The translations under genes and the position numbers were made by a program. A DNA stretch of 64,000 nucleotides from Cryomorphaceae bacterium (GTDB lineage: Bacteria > Bacteroidota > Bacteroidia > Flavobacteriales > Schleiferiaceae), in contig JAHEGI010000021.1 in NCBI GenBank assembly GCA_024639785.1, forward strand, positions 69,857 through 133,856, written 5' to 3'. Under the pieces are notes generated by a model. It was not told where the DNA came from, ran no database searches, and was given only the letters and a program-made list of their open reading frames with translations. Positions 29,534-40,694 of this stretch are shown piece by piece (the first letter of the stretch is position 1; every line of letters begins with the position of its first letter).

Positions 29534-31384
29534 ATGGCTGAAACGACCCAATATACCGAAGACAACATTCGAAGCCTTGAATGGCAGGAGCACATACGTC
29601 TCCGCCCCGGCATGTATATTGGAAAACTAGGGGATGGTTCCTCGGCGGATGACGGTATTTACATCCTGGTCAAGGAAGTCGTCGACAACTCGATTGATGA
29701 GTTCGTTATGGGCGGCGGAAAACACATTGAAATTGATGTCCGTGAAGGCGTAGTGACAGTTCGGGATTATGGTCGCGGGATTCCTTTGGGAAAAGTCGTT
29801 GACGTGGTGTCCAAAATGAATACGGGCGCCAAATACGATTCTAAAGCTTTTAAAAAATCGGTCGGCCTGAACGGGGTTGGCACCAAGGCGGTCAATGCGC
29901 TCTCAAGCTCTTTTCAAGTGCAGGCATTCCGCGATGGACAAACTAAGTCTGCGCGTTTCGAACAAGGCATCCTTCAGGAGCAATCGGATATCGCTGAAAG
30001 CACGGCGCGCAAGGGCACCAAGGTGGTATTCACTCCCGACCCCAGCATTTTTGTGAATTATCGGTTCCAAATGGAGTACCTCGAGCGCTTGGTTTGGAAC
30101 TATGTATACCTCAATCCAGGGTTGACTATCACCTTGAATGGGGAGAAGTTTTACTCGGAAAATGGACTGAAAGACCTGCTTGCGAACAACCTTTCTGGGG
30201 AAGTCATGCACGAGATCATTCACCTTCGGGGGGAAGACATTGAAGTGGCTTTGACGCATGCAGAGCGCTCTCAGAGTGAGCAGTATTACAGTTTTGTAAA
30301 CGGTCAGCACACCACGCAAGGGGGGACACATCAAAGCGCGTTTCGAGAGGCGCTGGTGTCGACGATCCGCCAGCATTTTGGCAAACAATACGAAGCGGCG
30401 GACATCCGTCAAAGCGTGATTGGGGCGATTTCAATCAAAGTCATTGAGCCGGTATTTGAGTCTCAGACCAAAACCAAGCTGGGTAGCAATGATATGGGCC
30501 CTGAAGGCCCTACGGTGCGGACCTTTATTCTAAACTTCCTTCAGACAGAACTGGACAACTACCTGCACCGCAATAGTCAGGTGGCCGAGGCAATTCAGCG
30601 AAAAATCCTGCGTGCAGAACGCGAGCGCAAAGAGTTGTCTGGGATTCAAAAGCTAGCTCGGGAACGGGCAAAGAAAGCCAATCTGCACAACCGGAAACTT
30701 CGCGATTGTAAGGTCCATTACAATGACATCAAGCATGAGCGTCGACTAGAAACGACCTTGTTTATTACCGAGGGCGATTCGGCTTCCGGTTCCATCACGG
30801 CATCGCGTGACGTGCAGACTCAAGCGGTGTTTAGCCTCAAGGGCAAGCCGCTCAACTGTTATGGGCTGACCAAAAAAGTCGTGTATGAGAATGAGGAATT
30901 CAATCTCTTACAATCGGCCTTAAATATTGAAGATGGGCTGGAGGAGTTGCGCTACAACAATGTAGTGGTGGCGACGGATGCCGACGTCGACGGTATGCAC
31001 ATTCGGTTGCTGCTGATCACATTCTTTTTGCAGTTTTTCCCGGAATTAGTCCGCGAAGGTCATCTGTATATTTTGCAGACGCCCCTGTTTAGGGTTCGCA
31101 ATAAGCAGAAGACTATTTACTGCTATGATGAGTCAGAAAAGCAATCCGCCATGGCCGAGCTCGGCGCCAAGCCGGAGATTACCCGATTTAAAGGATTAGG
31201 TGAAATCTCGCCGGGAGAATTCAAAATGTTTATTGGGGAAAATATTCGTCTAGAACCGGTCATGTTGGGGAAAGAGCAGATCGATGCACTGCTAGAATAT
31301 TACATGGGGAAGAACACCCCAGAGCGGCAAGAATTTATCATTGACCACCTGAAAGTGGAAAAAGACTTGGTGGATCATGGATGA
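29534..31384 (+). CDS. parE: DNA topoisomerase IV subunit B (type IIA topoisomerase ATPase subunit)
   Basis: 616 aa with a GHKL ATPase domain, TOPRIM ([12 protein letters not shown]) and PLKGK-like LKGKPLN. Paired with the ParC-type subunit downstream. Confidence 0.85.
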   Translation: MAETTQYTEDNIRSLEWQEHIRLRPGMYIGKLGDGSSADDGIYILVKEVVDNSIDEFVMGGGKHIEIDVREGVVTVRDYGRGIPLGKVVDVVSKMNTGAKYDSKAFKKSVGLNGVGTKAVNALSSSFQVQAFRDGQTKSARFEQGILQEQSDIAESTARKGTKVVFTPDPSIFVNYRFQMEYLERLVWNYVYLNPGLTITLNGEKFYSENGLKDLLANNLSGEVMHEIIHLRGEDIEVALTHAERSQSEQYYSFVNGQHTTQGGTHQSAFREALVSTIRQHFGKQYEAADIRQSVIGAISIKVIEPVFESQTKTKLGSNDMGPEGPTVRTFILNFLQTELDNYLHRNSQVAEAIQRKILRAERERKELSGIQKLARERAKKANLHNRKLRDCKVHYNDIKHERRLETTLFITEGDSASGSITASRDVQTQAVFSLKGKPLNCYGLTKKVVYENEEFNLLQSALNIEDGLEELRYNNVVVATDADVDGMHIRLLLITFFLQFFPELVREGHLYILQTPLFRVRNKQKTIYCYDESEKQSAMAELGAKPEITRFKGLGEISPGEFKMFIGENIRLEPVMLGKEQIDALLEYYMGKNTPERQEFIIDHLKVEKDLVDHG

Positions 31385-34229
31385 GCATATGCCCCAAGAT
31401 CCTGAATCTACGTCCATGGAATCGACAGAATGGAGCGAAGATGTGCGCCCTGTGGAGTCTAGAGTGCGCGGGATGTACCGAGAGTATTTCTTGGATTATG
31501 CCTCGTATGTCATTCTAGAACGGGCCGTGCCTGCCCTCATGGACGGGTTGAAGCCTGTTCAGCGCCGATTGATGCATGCGCTGAAAGAAATGGATGATGG
31601 ACGCTTCCATAAAGTGGCCAACGTCATAGGGCAGACGATGAAGTATCACCCGCACGGGGATGCCTCCATTGGGGATGCCCTGGTCCAATTGGGTCAAAAG
31701 AATTTGTTGATTGATACCCAAGGAAACTGGGGGAACATCTATACGGGGGATAGTGCTGCGGCGCCTCGTTATATCGAGGCTCGCTTGAGCAAATTTGCAC
31801 TGGAAGTTGGATTCAATCCCAAAATCACGGAATGGCAGTCGAGTTATGATGGCCGCGGCCGCGAGCCCGTAGCCCTGCCTGTGAAGTTTCCCTTGCTCTT
31901 AGCTCAAGGGGTAGAGGGTATTGCTGTGGGCCTGAGTACCAAGGTGTTGCCACACAACTTTGTGGAGCTAATTGATGCTTCCGTCGCTCACTTGAAAGGG
32001 CGTAAAGCGGAAATTCTGCCGGACTTCCCGACCGGGGGTATAGCGGACTTTTCGCAATACAATGATGGCGAACGCGGTGGCCGAATTCGCGTTCGCGCAA
32101 AGATCACTGTAGATGACAAAAAGACGTTAGTCATCACAGAGTTACCCTTTGGTACCACGACGACGAGCCTCATTGATTCGATCATCAAGGCCAATGACAA
32201 GGGAAAGATCAAAATCAAAAAGATTGAAGACAATACGGCGGAGCACGTAGAAATTGTGCTGCATTTAGTGCCTGGCATTTCTCCGGATCAAACGGTGGAT
32301 GCCTTGTATGCCTTCACTTCGTGTGAGTCATCGATCAGCCCGCTGTGCTGTGTCATCGAAGATGACAAGCCCCTTTTTACCGGTGTTTCGGAATTGCTCA
32401 AGCGTTCTACGGATCACACCGTAGACCTGCTTCGTGCGGATTTAAATATTCAGCTCAATGAGCTTCAGGAACAGTGGCACTTTGCAAGTTTGGAGAAGAT
32501 CTTTATCGAAGAACGGATCTACCGAGATATTGAAGAGGCCGAAACCTGGGAGCAAGTTTTGGACAATATTTGGGAAGGCCTTAAACCGCATATCGGCCAC
32601 TTGCTTCGGGAAGTAACGGAAGAGGACATTGCCCGTCTAACCGAAATTAAAATCAAGCGAATCTCCAAGTTTGACTCCAATAAAGCTGATGATCACTTAG
32701 CGGCGCTGGAAGGCAAGATTGCGGATGTAAAGCAACACTTAGACACGCTGGTGGACTACGCCATCGAGTATTTTAAAAACCTTAAAAAGAAATACGGCGC
32801 GGGTCGGGAGCGGAAAACGGAAATACGGAGTTTTGATACGGTCGTTGCGGCCAAAGTGGCTATGGCCAATGCAAAGCTCTATGTGAATCGCGAGGAAGGG
32901 TTCATGGGAACTGGACTCAAGCGCGATGAATTCGTCTGTGATTGCTCAGATCTGGATGACATCTTGGTGATCCGAAAGGATGGTACCCTCGTAGTGACTA
33001 AGGTGGACGCCAAGAAGTTCGTTGGAAAAGACATCCTTTACCTGGGAGTGTACCAAAAAGGAGACGATCGCACAGTATATAATTTGATATATCGGGATGG
33101 CGCCAAGGGGGCCAGCTTCGTGAAGCGATTCGCGATGACCGGGGTGACTCGCGATAAAGAATACGATTTGTCGCAAGGGGCTAAAGGTTCCCAAATCCTG
33201 TACTTATCCGTGAATCCCAATGGGGAAGCAGAGACGGTAACGATCAATCTTCGGGCCGCGTCTAACCTTAAGAAGTTGAAATGGGATGTTGACTTTGCCG
33301 ATTTGGCGGTTCGCTCCCGTTCTGCACGTGGCAACACGGTCACCAAAAACGCCATCAAGAAAATCGAACTGAAATCGGAAGGGGTCAGCACTTTAGCGGC
33401 TCGAAAATTATGGTTCGATGAGGCGGTGTTAAAAATCAACGATCAAGAACGAGGTCGGCTGCTTGGAGCATTCCGTGGCGAAGATCGCCTCTTACAAGTG
33501 GAGAAAAGTGGACGGTATCGGATTTTCATCCCAGAATTGACCACTCATTTTGATGAACCACCCTATTTCTTGTCGAAGTGGGACGCAGAAGCTTCGTACG
33601 CGGTAGTCTACTACGATGGTGAGCGTGAAAAACACATGGTGAAGCGCTGTATTCTCGAGCCTAAGAATGACCAATGGGACTATTTGATTTCGGATCATGC
33701 CCAATCTGAAATTCTGGTACTTTCTGCCGCCAATCGGGTCGAGGTTGAAGTGCAGTACCGAAAGGTCAAAGGCAAAGAGAAAGATGCCGAGCAAATTCAC
33801 CTTCAAGATTTCATCTCAGTCAAAGGATGGAAAGCCGCAGGAAATCAACTGGCTTCATGGCCAGTGAAGTCTGTGACGGTCCTTAGAGAAGAACGTGCGG
33901 AGGAAACAGATATTAAGGAGGAACATCCGACAGAAGCGGTCGATGACCCGGTGCCCCTTGAGTCAAATAATTCGGCGTCGTCCCAAGACGAAGGGAATCA
34001 AGATGCCCTGAGCGATGAGGGCCCCTCGGAGGATGCTCCGGTGGATGCTACGCCTGTGAATACGACCGGGCAAGAAACCATTTTACCCAAGGAAGAAAAG
34101 CCAAGTATCACCCTGGAAGTGGTAGATTTGACTTCAGATACGCCAGAGGTTTCCGCTCAAAAAGGTATTGTGTCGTCGGAGGAGGATACGGACCAGGAAG
34201 AAGACGGTCAATTCACGCTTAAATTTTAA
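31377..34229 (+). CDS. parC: DNA topoisomerase IV subunit A with acidic low-complexity C-terminal tail
   Basis: 950 aa; [17 protein letters not shown], with the beta-pinwheel region. The last ~115 aa are rich in D, E, S and T. 8-nt overlap with parE. Confidence 0.85.
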   Translation: MDEHMPQDPESTSMESTEWSEDVRPVESRVRGMYREYFLDYASYVILERAVPALMDGLKPVQRRLMHALKEMDDGRFHKVANVIGQTMKYHPHGDASIGDALVQLGQKNLLIDTQGNWGNIYTGDSAAAPRYIEARLSKFALEVGFNPKITEWQSSYDGRGREPVALPVKFPLLLAQGVEGIAVGLSTKVLPHNFVELIDASVAHLKGRKAEILPDFPTGGIADFSQYNDGERGGRIRVRAKITVDDKKTLVITELPFGTTTTSLIDSIIKANDKGKIKIKKIEDNTAEHVEIVLHLVPGISPDQTVDALYAFTSCESSISPLCCVIEDDKPLFTGVSELLKRSTDHTVDLLRADLNIQLNELQEQWHFASLEKIFIEERIYRDIEEAETWEQVLDNIWEGLKPHIGHLLREVTEEDIARLTEIKIKRISKFDSNKADDHLAALEGKIADVKQHLDTLVDYAIEYFKNLKKKYGAGRERKTEIRSFDTVVAAKVAMANAKLYVNREEGFMGTGLKRDEFVCDCSDLDDILVIRKDGTLVVTKVDAKKFVGKDILYLGVYQKGDDRTVYNLIYRDGAKGASFVKRFAMTGVTRDKEYDLSQGAKGSQILYLSVNPNGEAETVTINLRAASNLKKLKWDVDFADLAVRSRSARGNTVTKNAIKKIELKSEGVSTLAARKLWFDEAVLKINDQERGRLLGAFRGEDRLLQVEKSGRYRIFIPELTTHFDEPPYFLSKWDAEASYAVVYYDGEREKHMVKRCILEPKNDQWDYLISDHAQSEILVLSAANRVEVEVQYRKVKGKEKDAEQIHLQDFISVKGWKAAGNQLASWPVKSVTVLREERAEETDIKEEHPTEAVDDPVPLESNNSASSQDEGNQDALSDEGPSEDAPVDATPVNTTGQETILPKEEKPSITLEVVDLTSDTPEVSAQKGIVSSEEDTDQEEDGQFTLKF

Positions 34230-34232
34230 TCC

Positions 34233-35903
34233 ATGAAAAACGGATTTCTCGCCTTGCTGCTCTGTGCGGCTATGGCATTATGGGCGCAGCCGAGCAATGA
34301 TAGCTTGAACATGCGCGCCCTGTTGCAATATCCTGTGAGCCAATGGGGTATTTCTGGGGCCGACCCTGATTGTGCGGATATTTGGGGCTATGCTGACAGT
34401 GCCACGGGAACTGAATATGCGATTATTGGAAATCGCAAGGGGACCTTGGTTGTCGACATTAGCAATCCAAATACCCCAAGTAATGAACTTTGGGTACCGG
34501 GCACCAACAGTCTTTGGCGGGACATTAAGACCTGGGACCACTACGCCTACGTCGTTCACGACGTGCCTTCCGGCGCTAATCCGCCATACAACGGCCTGCT
34601 TATCATTGACATGGACAGCTTGGCGCAAAACCGCTGGAAATTCTTGAAGCTCCCCGTTCCCCGAGCCAATGGCCAAGTGGACACCCTGGCCCGTGCGCAC
34701 AACATTTTTGTGGATGAAAACGGCATCTTGTATGCCTTTGGCAGTAATGTCGGAGTGGGTGGAGCAATCCTCATTGATGTCGCTACGGACCCTTGGAACC
34801 CTGTGGCGGTCGGCTTGTACGACGGCCACTACTTCCACGACGGGGTGGCGCGCAACGATACTTTATATGGGGCCGGCTTGTATTCCGGAATGGTGGTCGT
34901 TAATGTTACCTTGAAGTCTAATCCTACCATGGTCACTAGTTGGGCGACCCCGAGCAATTTTGCGCACAACTGCTGGCTAAGTGACGACGGCAACACCATC
35001 TACACCACGGACGAAGTGGCGAACGGCTACGTAACCTGCTACGATATTTCGGACTTGAGCAATGTGGACGAACTCTGGCGCCATCAAGTACAGCCCAATA
35101 CCTCGCTGATTCCCCACAACGCACATGTGGCGGGCAATCATGTGGTAACGTCCTACTACACCTTTGGGGTACATGCCTTGGATACGGAATTCCCCGAATT
35201 GCCCGTACTCGTTGGCTACTACGACACGTCCCCCTTTACGGGTGGGGGCTACTTTGGTAACTGGGGAGCCTATCCCTATTTGCCTAGCGGCCGAATTCTG
35301 GCCTCCGACATGGAAGAGGGCCTCTTCGTTATAGAGCCTGAATACCCCGAAGTCAGCCGTCTGAAAGTGCAGCTGGGGCACATTAATTGGGGTGCGGGTA
35401 CAACCGTCACCTATGGCAATATCACTTCCAAAGATTTTGTCTATTGGAAAAACAGCGGGGATACGTTATATGCTGATGCGGATGGGGTTGTGGTATACAG
35501 CGCTGCGCAAGCAACCAATGACACCTTGATTTATCCTTTTGAATACCAAATGGGCATGTCCGGGGTGGGTCAAGGAGATGACAGTTTGTTCGTCAGCTTG
35601 GCTTCCGGACTTTACCCGCACGATACCTTGATTGGTTCGTGGTCCTGGTCGGTGGATGAGAAGGACCCAGCTCCCTTTAAAGTAAACACTGGTGAAGATC
35701 ACTGGACCTTGGTTTGTGGGGAGGAGCAGTACCCCAACTTAGTACTTGGCCTGTACAGTCTGGACGGAAAAGAGATCTGGAATGAGGCCTGGACACGCAA
35801 CCGAAGCTATTCGATTCCCTTCCCAGAAGTCAAGGGGCTCTATGTATTGAGCTTCCGAAGCCTGGATGGACACGAGGGCGCCATTCGCGTGTTGCGCCCG
35901 TAG
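34233..35903 (+). CDS. Secreted LVIVD-repeat / choice-of-anchor-B-like beta-propeller protein with T9SS-type C-terminal sorting domain
   Basis: 556 aa with a signal peptide and repeated hydrophobic-D motifs (GTLVVDIS, GLLIIDMD, GAILIDVA). The C-terminal ~80 aa end in LYVLSFRSLDGHEGAIRVLRP, as in T9SS CTDs. Confidence 0.7.
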   Translation: MKNGFLALLLCAAMALWAQPSNDSLNMRALLQYPVSQWGISGADPDCADIWGYADSATGTEYAIIGNRKGTLVVDISNPNTPSNELWVPGTNSLWRDIKTWDHYAYVVHDVPSGANPPYNGLLIIDMDSLAQNRWKFLKLPVPRANGQVDTLARAHNIFVDENGILYAFGSNVGVGGAILIDVATDPWNPVAVGLYDGHYFHDGVARNDTLYGAGLYSGMVVVNVTLKSNPTMVTSWATPSNFAHNCWLSDDGNTIYTTDEVANGYVTCYDISDLSNVDELWRHQVQPNTSLIPHNAHVAGNHVVTSYYTFGVHALDTEFPELPVLVGYYDTSPFTGGGYFGNWGAYPYLPSGRILASDMEEGLFVIEPEYPEVSRLKVQLGHINWGAGTTVTYGNITSKDFVYWKNSGDTLYADADGVVVYSAAQATNDTLIYPFEYQMGMSGVGQGDDSLFVSLASGLYPHDTLIGSWSWSVDEKDPAPFKVNTGEDHWTLVCGEEQYPNLVLGLYSLDGKEIWNEAWTRNRSYSIPFPEVKGLYVLSFRSLDGHEGAIRVLRP

Positions 35904-35923
35904 GTCTTGAACTAAAGCAGATT

Positions 35924-35952
35924 AAAAAAGCCCGGCCATGCCGGGCTTTTTT
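35924..35952. terminator. Bidirectional intrinsic terminator
   Basis: aaaaaa-gcccggc-cat-gccgggc-tttttt, with A- and T-tracts on either side. Confidence 0.85.
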
Positions 35953-36148
35953 AATGGACGGAAGCTCAAGGGTACTAATGCACGTAATACAGGACTTGCC
36001 CCGTCTGTTGGTAACCCTCTTGAATGTTCAAGTTGATTTTCAAATGGTTACGGAGCCATGGGAAGCCTATTACAAGAAAAAGGTCCAGGTTTTTGACAGT
36101 CCCTTTTGATTTCCCTTCGGAATCCAGAAATGCACCGTGCGCTCTGCG

Positions 36149-36859
36149 CTAGAAATTCGGCTTAAACAAGTAGCGGCTGTAGAAGTCGTCAATGGCTTGA
36201 ATGGCCTCTTCAGGACTGTCCACGAGCTTCATGAGGTTCATGTCGCCGTCGCTGATCAAGTGGTTGCCACCCAAGGTGCTTTCCATCCAATCCATGAGGC
36301 CCTTCCAGTAGTCTTTGCCCACCAAAACGACGGGAAACTTTCCAATCTTCTTGGTTTGTATCAGGGTGATGGCCTCAAACATTTCGTCCAAGGTGCCAAA
36401 GCCACCGGGCATCACGACAAAGCCCTGGGAGTACTTGACAAACATGACTTTGCGCACAAAGAAGTAGTCAAAGTCGACGCTTTTGTCTAAGTCTATGAAG
36501 TCGTTGGGCTTTTGCTCGTGCGGTAGTTCGATGTTGAGGCCTACGGATGGAGCACCCACTTCCATGGCGCCGCGGTTGGCGGCCTCCATGATGCCAGGAC
36601 CACCGCCACTGATGATGCCATAGCCTTTTTTGCCCAGGCCTTCGGCAATGTCTTGAGCGTCTTTGTACCATGTGTCGCCTTCTTTGAGACGGGCAGAGCC
36701 AAAGATGCTGACGCAGGGGCCAATGCGGGAAAGGCGTTCATAGCCTTCCACGAATTCGGACATGATTTTAAAAATGGCCCAAGAATCGTTGGTGCGCTGG
36801 TCGTTCCAGGACTTGCGCTTGAAGGCCTTGGAGATGGGTTCGTTGGAATTTGTTGCCAT
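36149..36859 (-). CDS. LOG-family (TIGR00730-type) nucleotide 5'-monophosphate nucleosidase/phosphoribohydrolase
   Basis: 236 aa; GGGPGIMEA and PGGFGTLDE are LOG motifs. Confidence 0.85.
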   Translation of the reverse strand: MATNSNEPISKAFKRKSWNDQRTNDSWAIFKIMSEFVEGYERLSRIGPCVSIFGSARLKEGDTWYKDAQDIAEGLGKKGYGIISGGGPGIMEAANRGAMEVGAPSVGLNIELPHEQKPNDFIDLDKSVDFDYFFVRKVMFVKYSQGFVVMPGGFGTLDEMFEAITLIQTKKIGKFPVVLVGKDYWKGLMDWMESTLGGNHLISDGDMNLMKLVDSPEEAIQAIDDFYSRYLFKPNF

Positions 36860-36941
36860 AGGGTAGTATTTACTACTCTTTAAGATAGCACTAATCCCAT
36901 GGATATTGGGGAGATGCAGTTACCTAAGTGAGAATAAAGGC

Positions 36942-39770
36942 TTAATTCTGGCCTGTCTGGAGTGCCCGAGCAAGAAATGGAGCGGTTAGGCTATCTGTCT
37001 TGAGGGCGATCTCCTCAGGGCTACCTGTAGCGACAATGGTGCCTCCTCCAGAACCTCCTTCGGGGCCCATGTCAATCATGTGATCGGCTTGGGTCATGAC
37101 GTCGACATTATGTTCAATGATCAACGCGGTGTTTCCTTTGGATACGAGCCGTTGAATCACCTTCATTAAGATTCGTATGTCTTCAAAATGCAGGCCGGTG
37201 GTAGGTTCATCCAAGATATAGAGCGTGCGTCCGGTATCTCGTTTACACAGTTCGGTGGCCAGCTTAATCCGTTGTGCCTCCCCGCCAGAAAGCGTGGTCG
37301 ATGGCTGGCCAAGGGTGATATACCCAAGGCCTACATCCACCAGCGTTTTCAGCACCTTTTTAATTTTGGGTACCGCTTCAAAGAAGGGGAGGGCATCCTC
37401 AATAGCCAAGTTGAGCACATCTGAAATGCTCTTGCCTTTATAACGCACTTCCAGGGTTTCGCGGTTAAAACGCTTGCCTTGACATGTTTCGCATGGGACA
37501 TACACATCCGGAAGGAAGTTCATTTCTACCGTGCGCATTCCTCCACCTTGACAGGTTTCACATCGCCCTCCTTTTACATTAAAAGAAAAGCGCCCTGGGG
37601 CGTAACCTCGAACCTTGGCTTCCGGCAGTTCAGCGAAGAGCTTCCGAATGTCATTAAATACATTGGTGTAGGTGGCAGGATTAGACCGAGGGGTACGGCC
37701 TATAGGGCTTTGATCTACATCAATCACTTTGTCAATATGTTCCAACCCTTCCAAGTGGTCAAATGGCGCAGGAGGGGTCAAGAGCCCTTGCAGTGGGCCC
37801 GCGATTGCTGGATAGAGGGTGTGATTGATCAAGGTCGATTTGCCAGAACCTGAAACGCCGGATACCACGGTTAACGTGCCGAGCGGCAATTCAAGCGTGA
37901 CATTCTTTAGGTTGTTCCCAGTGGCGCCCACAAGGCGAAGCCATTTTCCATTGCCTGGGCGTCGTACCTCGGGAATGGGCATGCGCAGTTCGCCACGTAA
38001 GTACTGACCGGTCAAACTTTCTGATTGAGCAACTTCCGAATAACTTCCTTCGGCCACGACGCGGCCCCCATGAAATCCAGCTCGAGGACCCAGGTCGACA
38101 ATGTGGTTGGCGGCACGCATCATATCCTCATCATGTTCAACGACGACTACGGAATTGCCAAGATCTCGGAGCCTTTCCAAGCTTTGGATAAGGCGCATGT
38201 TGTCACGTTGATGCAAGCCTATGCTGGGCTCATCAAGGATATACAGTACGTGGACGAGCTGGGACCCAATTTGGGTGGCCAAACGGATCCGTTGGGCCTC
38301 TCCGCCACTCAAGGTGCGCGCAGATCGGTTCAAGCTTAAATAATGCAATCCCACATCGACTAAAAAGCCTAATCGTGTTCGAAGTTCTTTGACAATCTCT
38401 CCGCCAATGCGTGCCTGCGAAGGGCTGAGTTTTGGCAATAATTCATCCAGCCATTCTGTCAACTCCCCAAGGCCCATAGCGGCTAGGTCCGCAATGCTCT
38501 GGTTCTGAATGCGAAAATGCAAAGACTCTCGCTTGAGTCGCTGGCCTCCGCATGAAGGGCAGCCCTGTTCGATCATAAAGTCATCCGCCCAACGTTGGAG
38601 GGTTTTGCTCTGACTTTCGTTTTTCTGCGATTCAATGAACGCCACCAGGCCTTCGTATTGAATATTGATTTTGCGCGTGACGCCGACCGTTTTATTGGTC
38701 GTTGTAAAAGACTCTTCATGGCCATGGAGAATGGCGTTTCGTCCCTCATCTGGAATTTTCTCCCACGGAGTGTGTAGGTCAAATCCAAATCGGATGCCCA
38801 AGTACTCCATCTGTTGAAAAATCCAAGAACGGCGATAATTTCCTAACGGGGCCAAGGCACCATCATGCAGCGTGAATTTTGGATTGCTCACGACCTTCTC
38901 CATATCGACCACTTGCACGGTCCCTAAGCCATGGCAGCGAGGGCAGGCCCCTTTGGGCGAGTTGAAGCTAAAACTATTGGGTTCTGGTTCTGGGTAGGAA
39001 ACCCCCGTTGTCGGACACATCAGATGTCGACTGAAATGCACGATTTCATTGCTGTCATAATCAGCGATCATAATGTTCCCTTTGCCCAAGCGCATGGCGG
39101 TAACAATGCTTTTTTTGATGCGTTCTTCTGCACTCTCTTCGACCACAATGCGGTCGATGACAATTTCTATATCATGCGTCTTGTAGCGGTCCAGTTTAAG
39201 ACCCCGGCTGATGTCCTGCCATTCTCCGTCGATGCGCGCGCGCAAATAGCCTTGTTTGGCCATGGTTTCGAAGAGCTCTCGGTAATGCCCCTTTCTCGAC
39301 TTCACCACGGGGGCCAGGATGGCCATCCTTCGGCCTAGAAAGCGCTCCATGATTTGGCTGCGAATCTCGTCATCGGTGTAACTCACCATCGGCTCATTCG
39401 TTTCCAAGGAATACGCAGTGGCGGTTCGAGCATATAAGAGACGTAAAAAGTCATAGACTTCAGTCACCGTACCTACGGTAGAACGAGGGTTGCGATTGGT
39501 TGTTTTTTGCTCAATAGCAATGACGGGACTGAGGCCTTCAATACTGTCTACATCCGGCCGTTCCATGCTGCCTAAAAACTGTCGAGCATAGCTGGAGAAG
39601 GTCTCCATGTAGCGACGCTGGCCCTCCGCATAAAGCGTATCAAAAGCCAAAGAAGATTTACCGCTCCCACTAAGGCCAGTGATAACCACCAAGGCTTCGC
39701 GAGGAATTCGCACATCGATTCCGTGTAAGTTGTGCTCGCGAGCGCCTAGGATTTCTATAGTTCCAGCCAT
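36942..39770 (-). CDS. uvrA: Excinuclease ABC subunit A
   Basis: 942 aa; GLSGSGKSSLAFDTLYAEGQRRY, two ABC modules and the C-terminal zinc finger CETCQG..CETCQGKRF. Confidence 0.95.
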   Translation of the reverse strand: MAGTIEILGAREHNLHGIDVRIPREALVVITGLSGSGKSSLAFDTLYAEGQRRYMETFSSYARQFLGSMERPDVDSIEGLSPVIAIEQKTTNRNPRSTVGTVTEVYDFLRLLYARTATAYSLETNEPMVSYTDDEIRSQIMERFLGRRMAILAPVVKSRKGHYRELFETMAKQGYLRARIDGEWQDISRGLKLDRYKTHDIEIVIDRIVVEESAEERIKKSIVTAMRLGKGNIMIADYDSNEIVHFSRHLMCPTTGVSYPEPEPNSFSFNSPKGACPRCHGLGTVQVVDMEKVVSNPKFTLHDGALAPLGNYRRSWIFQQMEYLGIRFGFDLHTPWEKIPDEGRNAILHGHEESFTTTNKTVGVTRKINIQYEGLVAFIESQKNESQSKTLQRWADDFMIEQGCPSCGGQRLKRESLHFRIQNQSIADLAAMGLGELTEWLDELLPKLSPSQARIGGEIVKELRTRLGFLVDVGLHYLSLNRSARTLSGGEAQRIRLATQIGSQLVHVLYILDEPSIGLHQRDNMRLIQSLERLRDLGNSVVVVEHDEDMMRAANHIVDLGPRAGFHGGRVVAEGSYSEVAQSESLTGQYLRGELRMPIPEVRRPGNGKWLRLVGATGNNLKNVTLELPLGTLTVVSGVSGSGKSTLINHTLYPAIAGPLQGLLTPPAPFDHLEGLEHIDKVIDVDQSPIGRTPRSNPATYTNVFNDIRKLFAELPEAKVRGYAPGRFSFNVKGGRCETCQGGGMRTVEMNFLPDVYVPCETCQGKRFNRETLEVRYKGKSISDVLNLAIEDALPFFEAVPKIKKVLKTLVDVGLGYITLGQPSTTLSGGEAQRIKLATELCKRDTGRTLYILDEPTTGLHFEDIRILMKVIQRLVSKGNTALIIEHNVDVMTQADHMIDMGPEGGSGGGTIVATGSPEEIALKTDSLTAPFLARALQTGQN

Positions 39771-39788
39771 CAGTGTGCGGATCGAAAA

Positions 39789-40694
39789 TTAGTGGGCATT
39801 TTGAGGGACAGAAATCGCATAGGCCTTTCCGGAAGTATTGCTCAGCTGGGCATCGCGAAGCCACGGATTGTGTCGCTTTAACTCGTTGTAGGACCAACCG
39901 TACTGATGAGCCCATGTTCCCCAGTTGGTCACACTGGAGTCGACCAGGACGACGCGGTCGTTCCATGGCGCATCGTACTCGCTTGGATCAAGATCGAAGC
40001 CATAGGCCCTCGGCTTGGCCATAATACACTTTAGCGCCAAAATTCGAAAGACATAGCGCTTGGTTTCTTCATTGAGCAGCAAGTCGTAGTAGTCGGTTTC
40101 AAACTGGCGATCCATTTGTCGTTGTAAACCGGCCATCCCCATGTTGTAGGAGGCGGCCGCAAGCGTCCATGACCCAAAGCGTTCTTTGGCGTTACGTAAA
40201 TAAGCGGCGGCGGCCCGAGTGCTTTTTTCGAGGTGGTAACGCTCATCAATTTCGCCATTGACTTCGAGGCCTAGTTCCTCTGCTGTTCCGGGCATTAATT
40301 GCCAAAATCCAGCCGCTCCTGCTGGGGATACCACAGGGCTCAATCCTGACTCGATGATTGCGAGATACACGAAGTCCTCAGGAATGCCCTCTTCGCGCAG
40401 GAGTTGCACTAATTCGGGCATATACCGACTGCTGCGTTTGAGAATTTGCAAGGTGTTTGAATGCCAATAACTATTAGTCAATAACTCTTTGCTTAGACGC
40501 TCTTGCGCATCTTCTTGGGTTAATGGTACGGACTCGCCTGCCAAATCCAGTGATACTGGTAAGGGGACTAGGCGTGTGTGATTGTGCTCTGACAAAAAGT
40601 GCATACGCTCCGAATAGGTCGTAGGATCCGGAATAGCCAAAATGGCTACCAGAAGCAGTAGGCAAAGACCTAAGAATATTCGTGCCCGATACAT
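39789..40694 (-). CDS. Lytic transglycosylase (SLT domain, MltD-like), N-terminally anchored
   Basis: The SLT catalytic region is LAIIESGLSPVVSPAGAAGFWQLMPGTA. The start is either ATG at 40694 or GTG at 40697, and both overlap the rmlC stop. Confidence 0.8.
   Translation of the reverse strand: MYRARIFLGLCLLLLVAILAIPDPTTYSERMHFLSEHNHTRLVPLPVSLDLAGESVPLTQEDAQERLSKELLTNSYWHSNTLQILKRSSRYMPELVQLLREEGIPEDFVYLAIIESGLSPVVSPAGAAGFWQLMPGTAEELGLEVNGEIDERYHLEKSTRAAAAYLRNAKERFGSWTLAAASYNMGMAGLQRQMDRQFETDYYDLLLNEETKRYVFRILALKCIMAKPRAYGFDLDPSEYDAPWNDRVVLVDSSVTNWGTWAHQYGWSYNELKRHNPWLRDAQLSNTSGKAYAISVPQNAH

Noticed and set aside
36149-36859. The LOG-family protein as an anti-phage effector (SLOG-type defence)
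   Set aside because: It is a stand-alone TIGR00730-type LOG with canonical motifs, sitting downstream of uvrA with no sensor, nuclease or TIR/SIR2-type partner. It looks like a housekeeping nucleotide nucleosidase.
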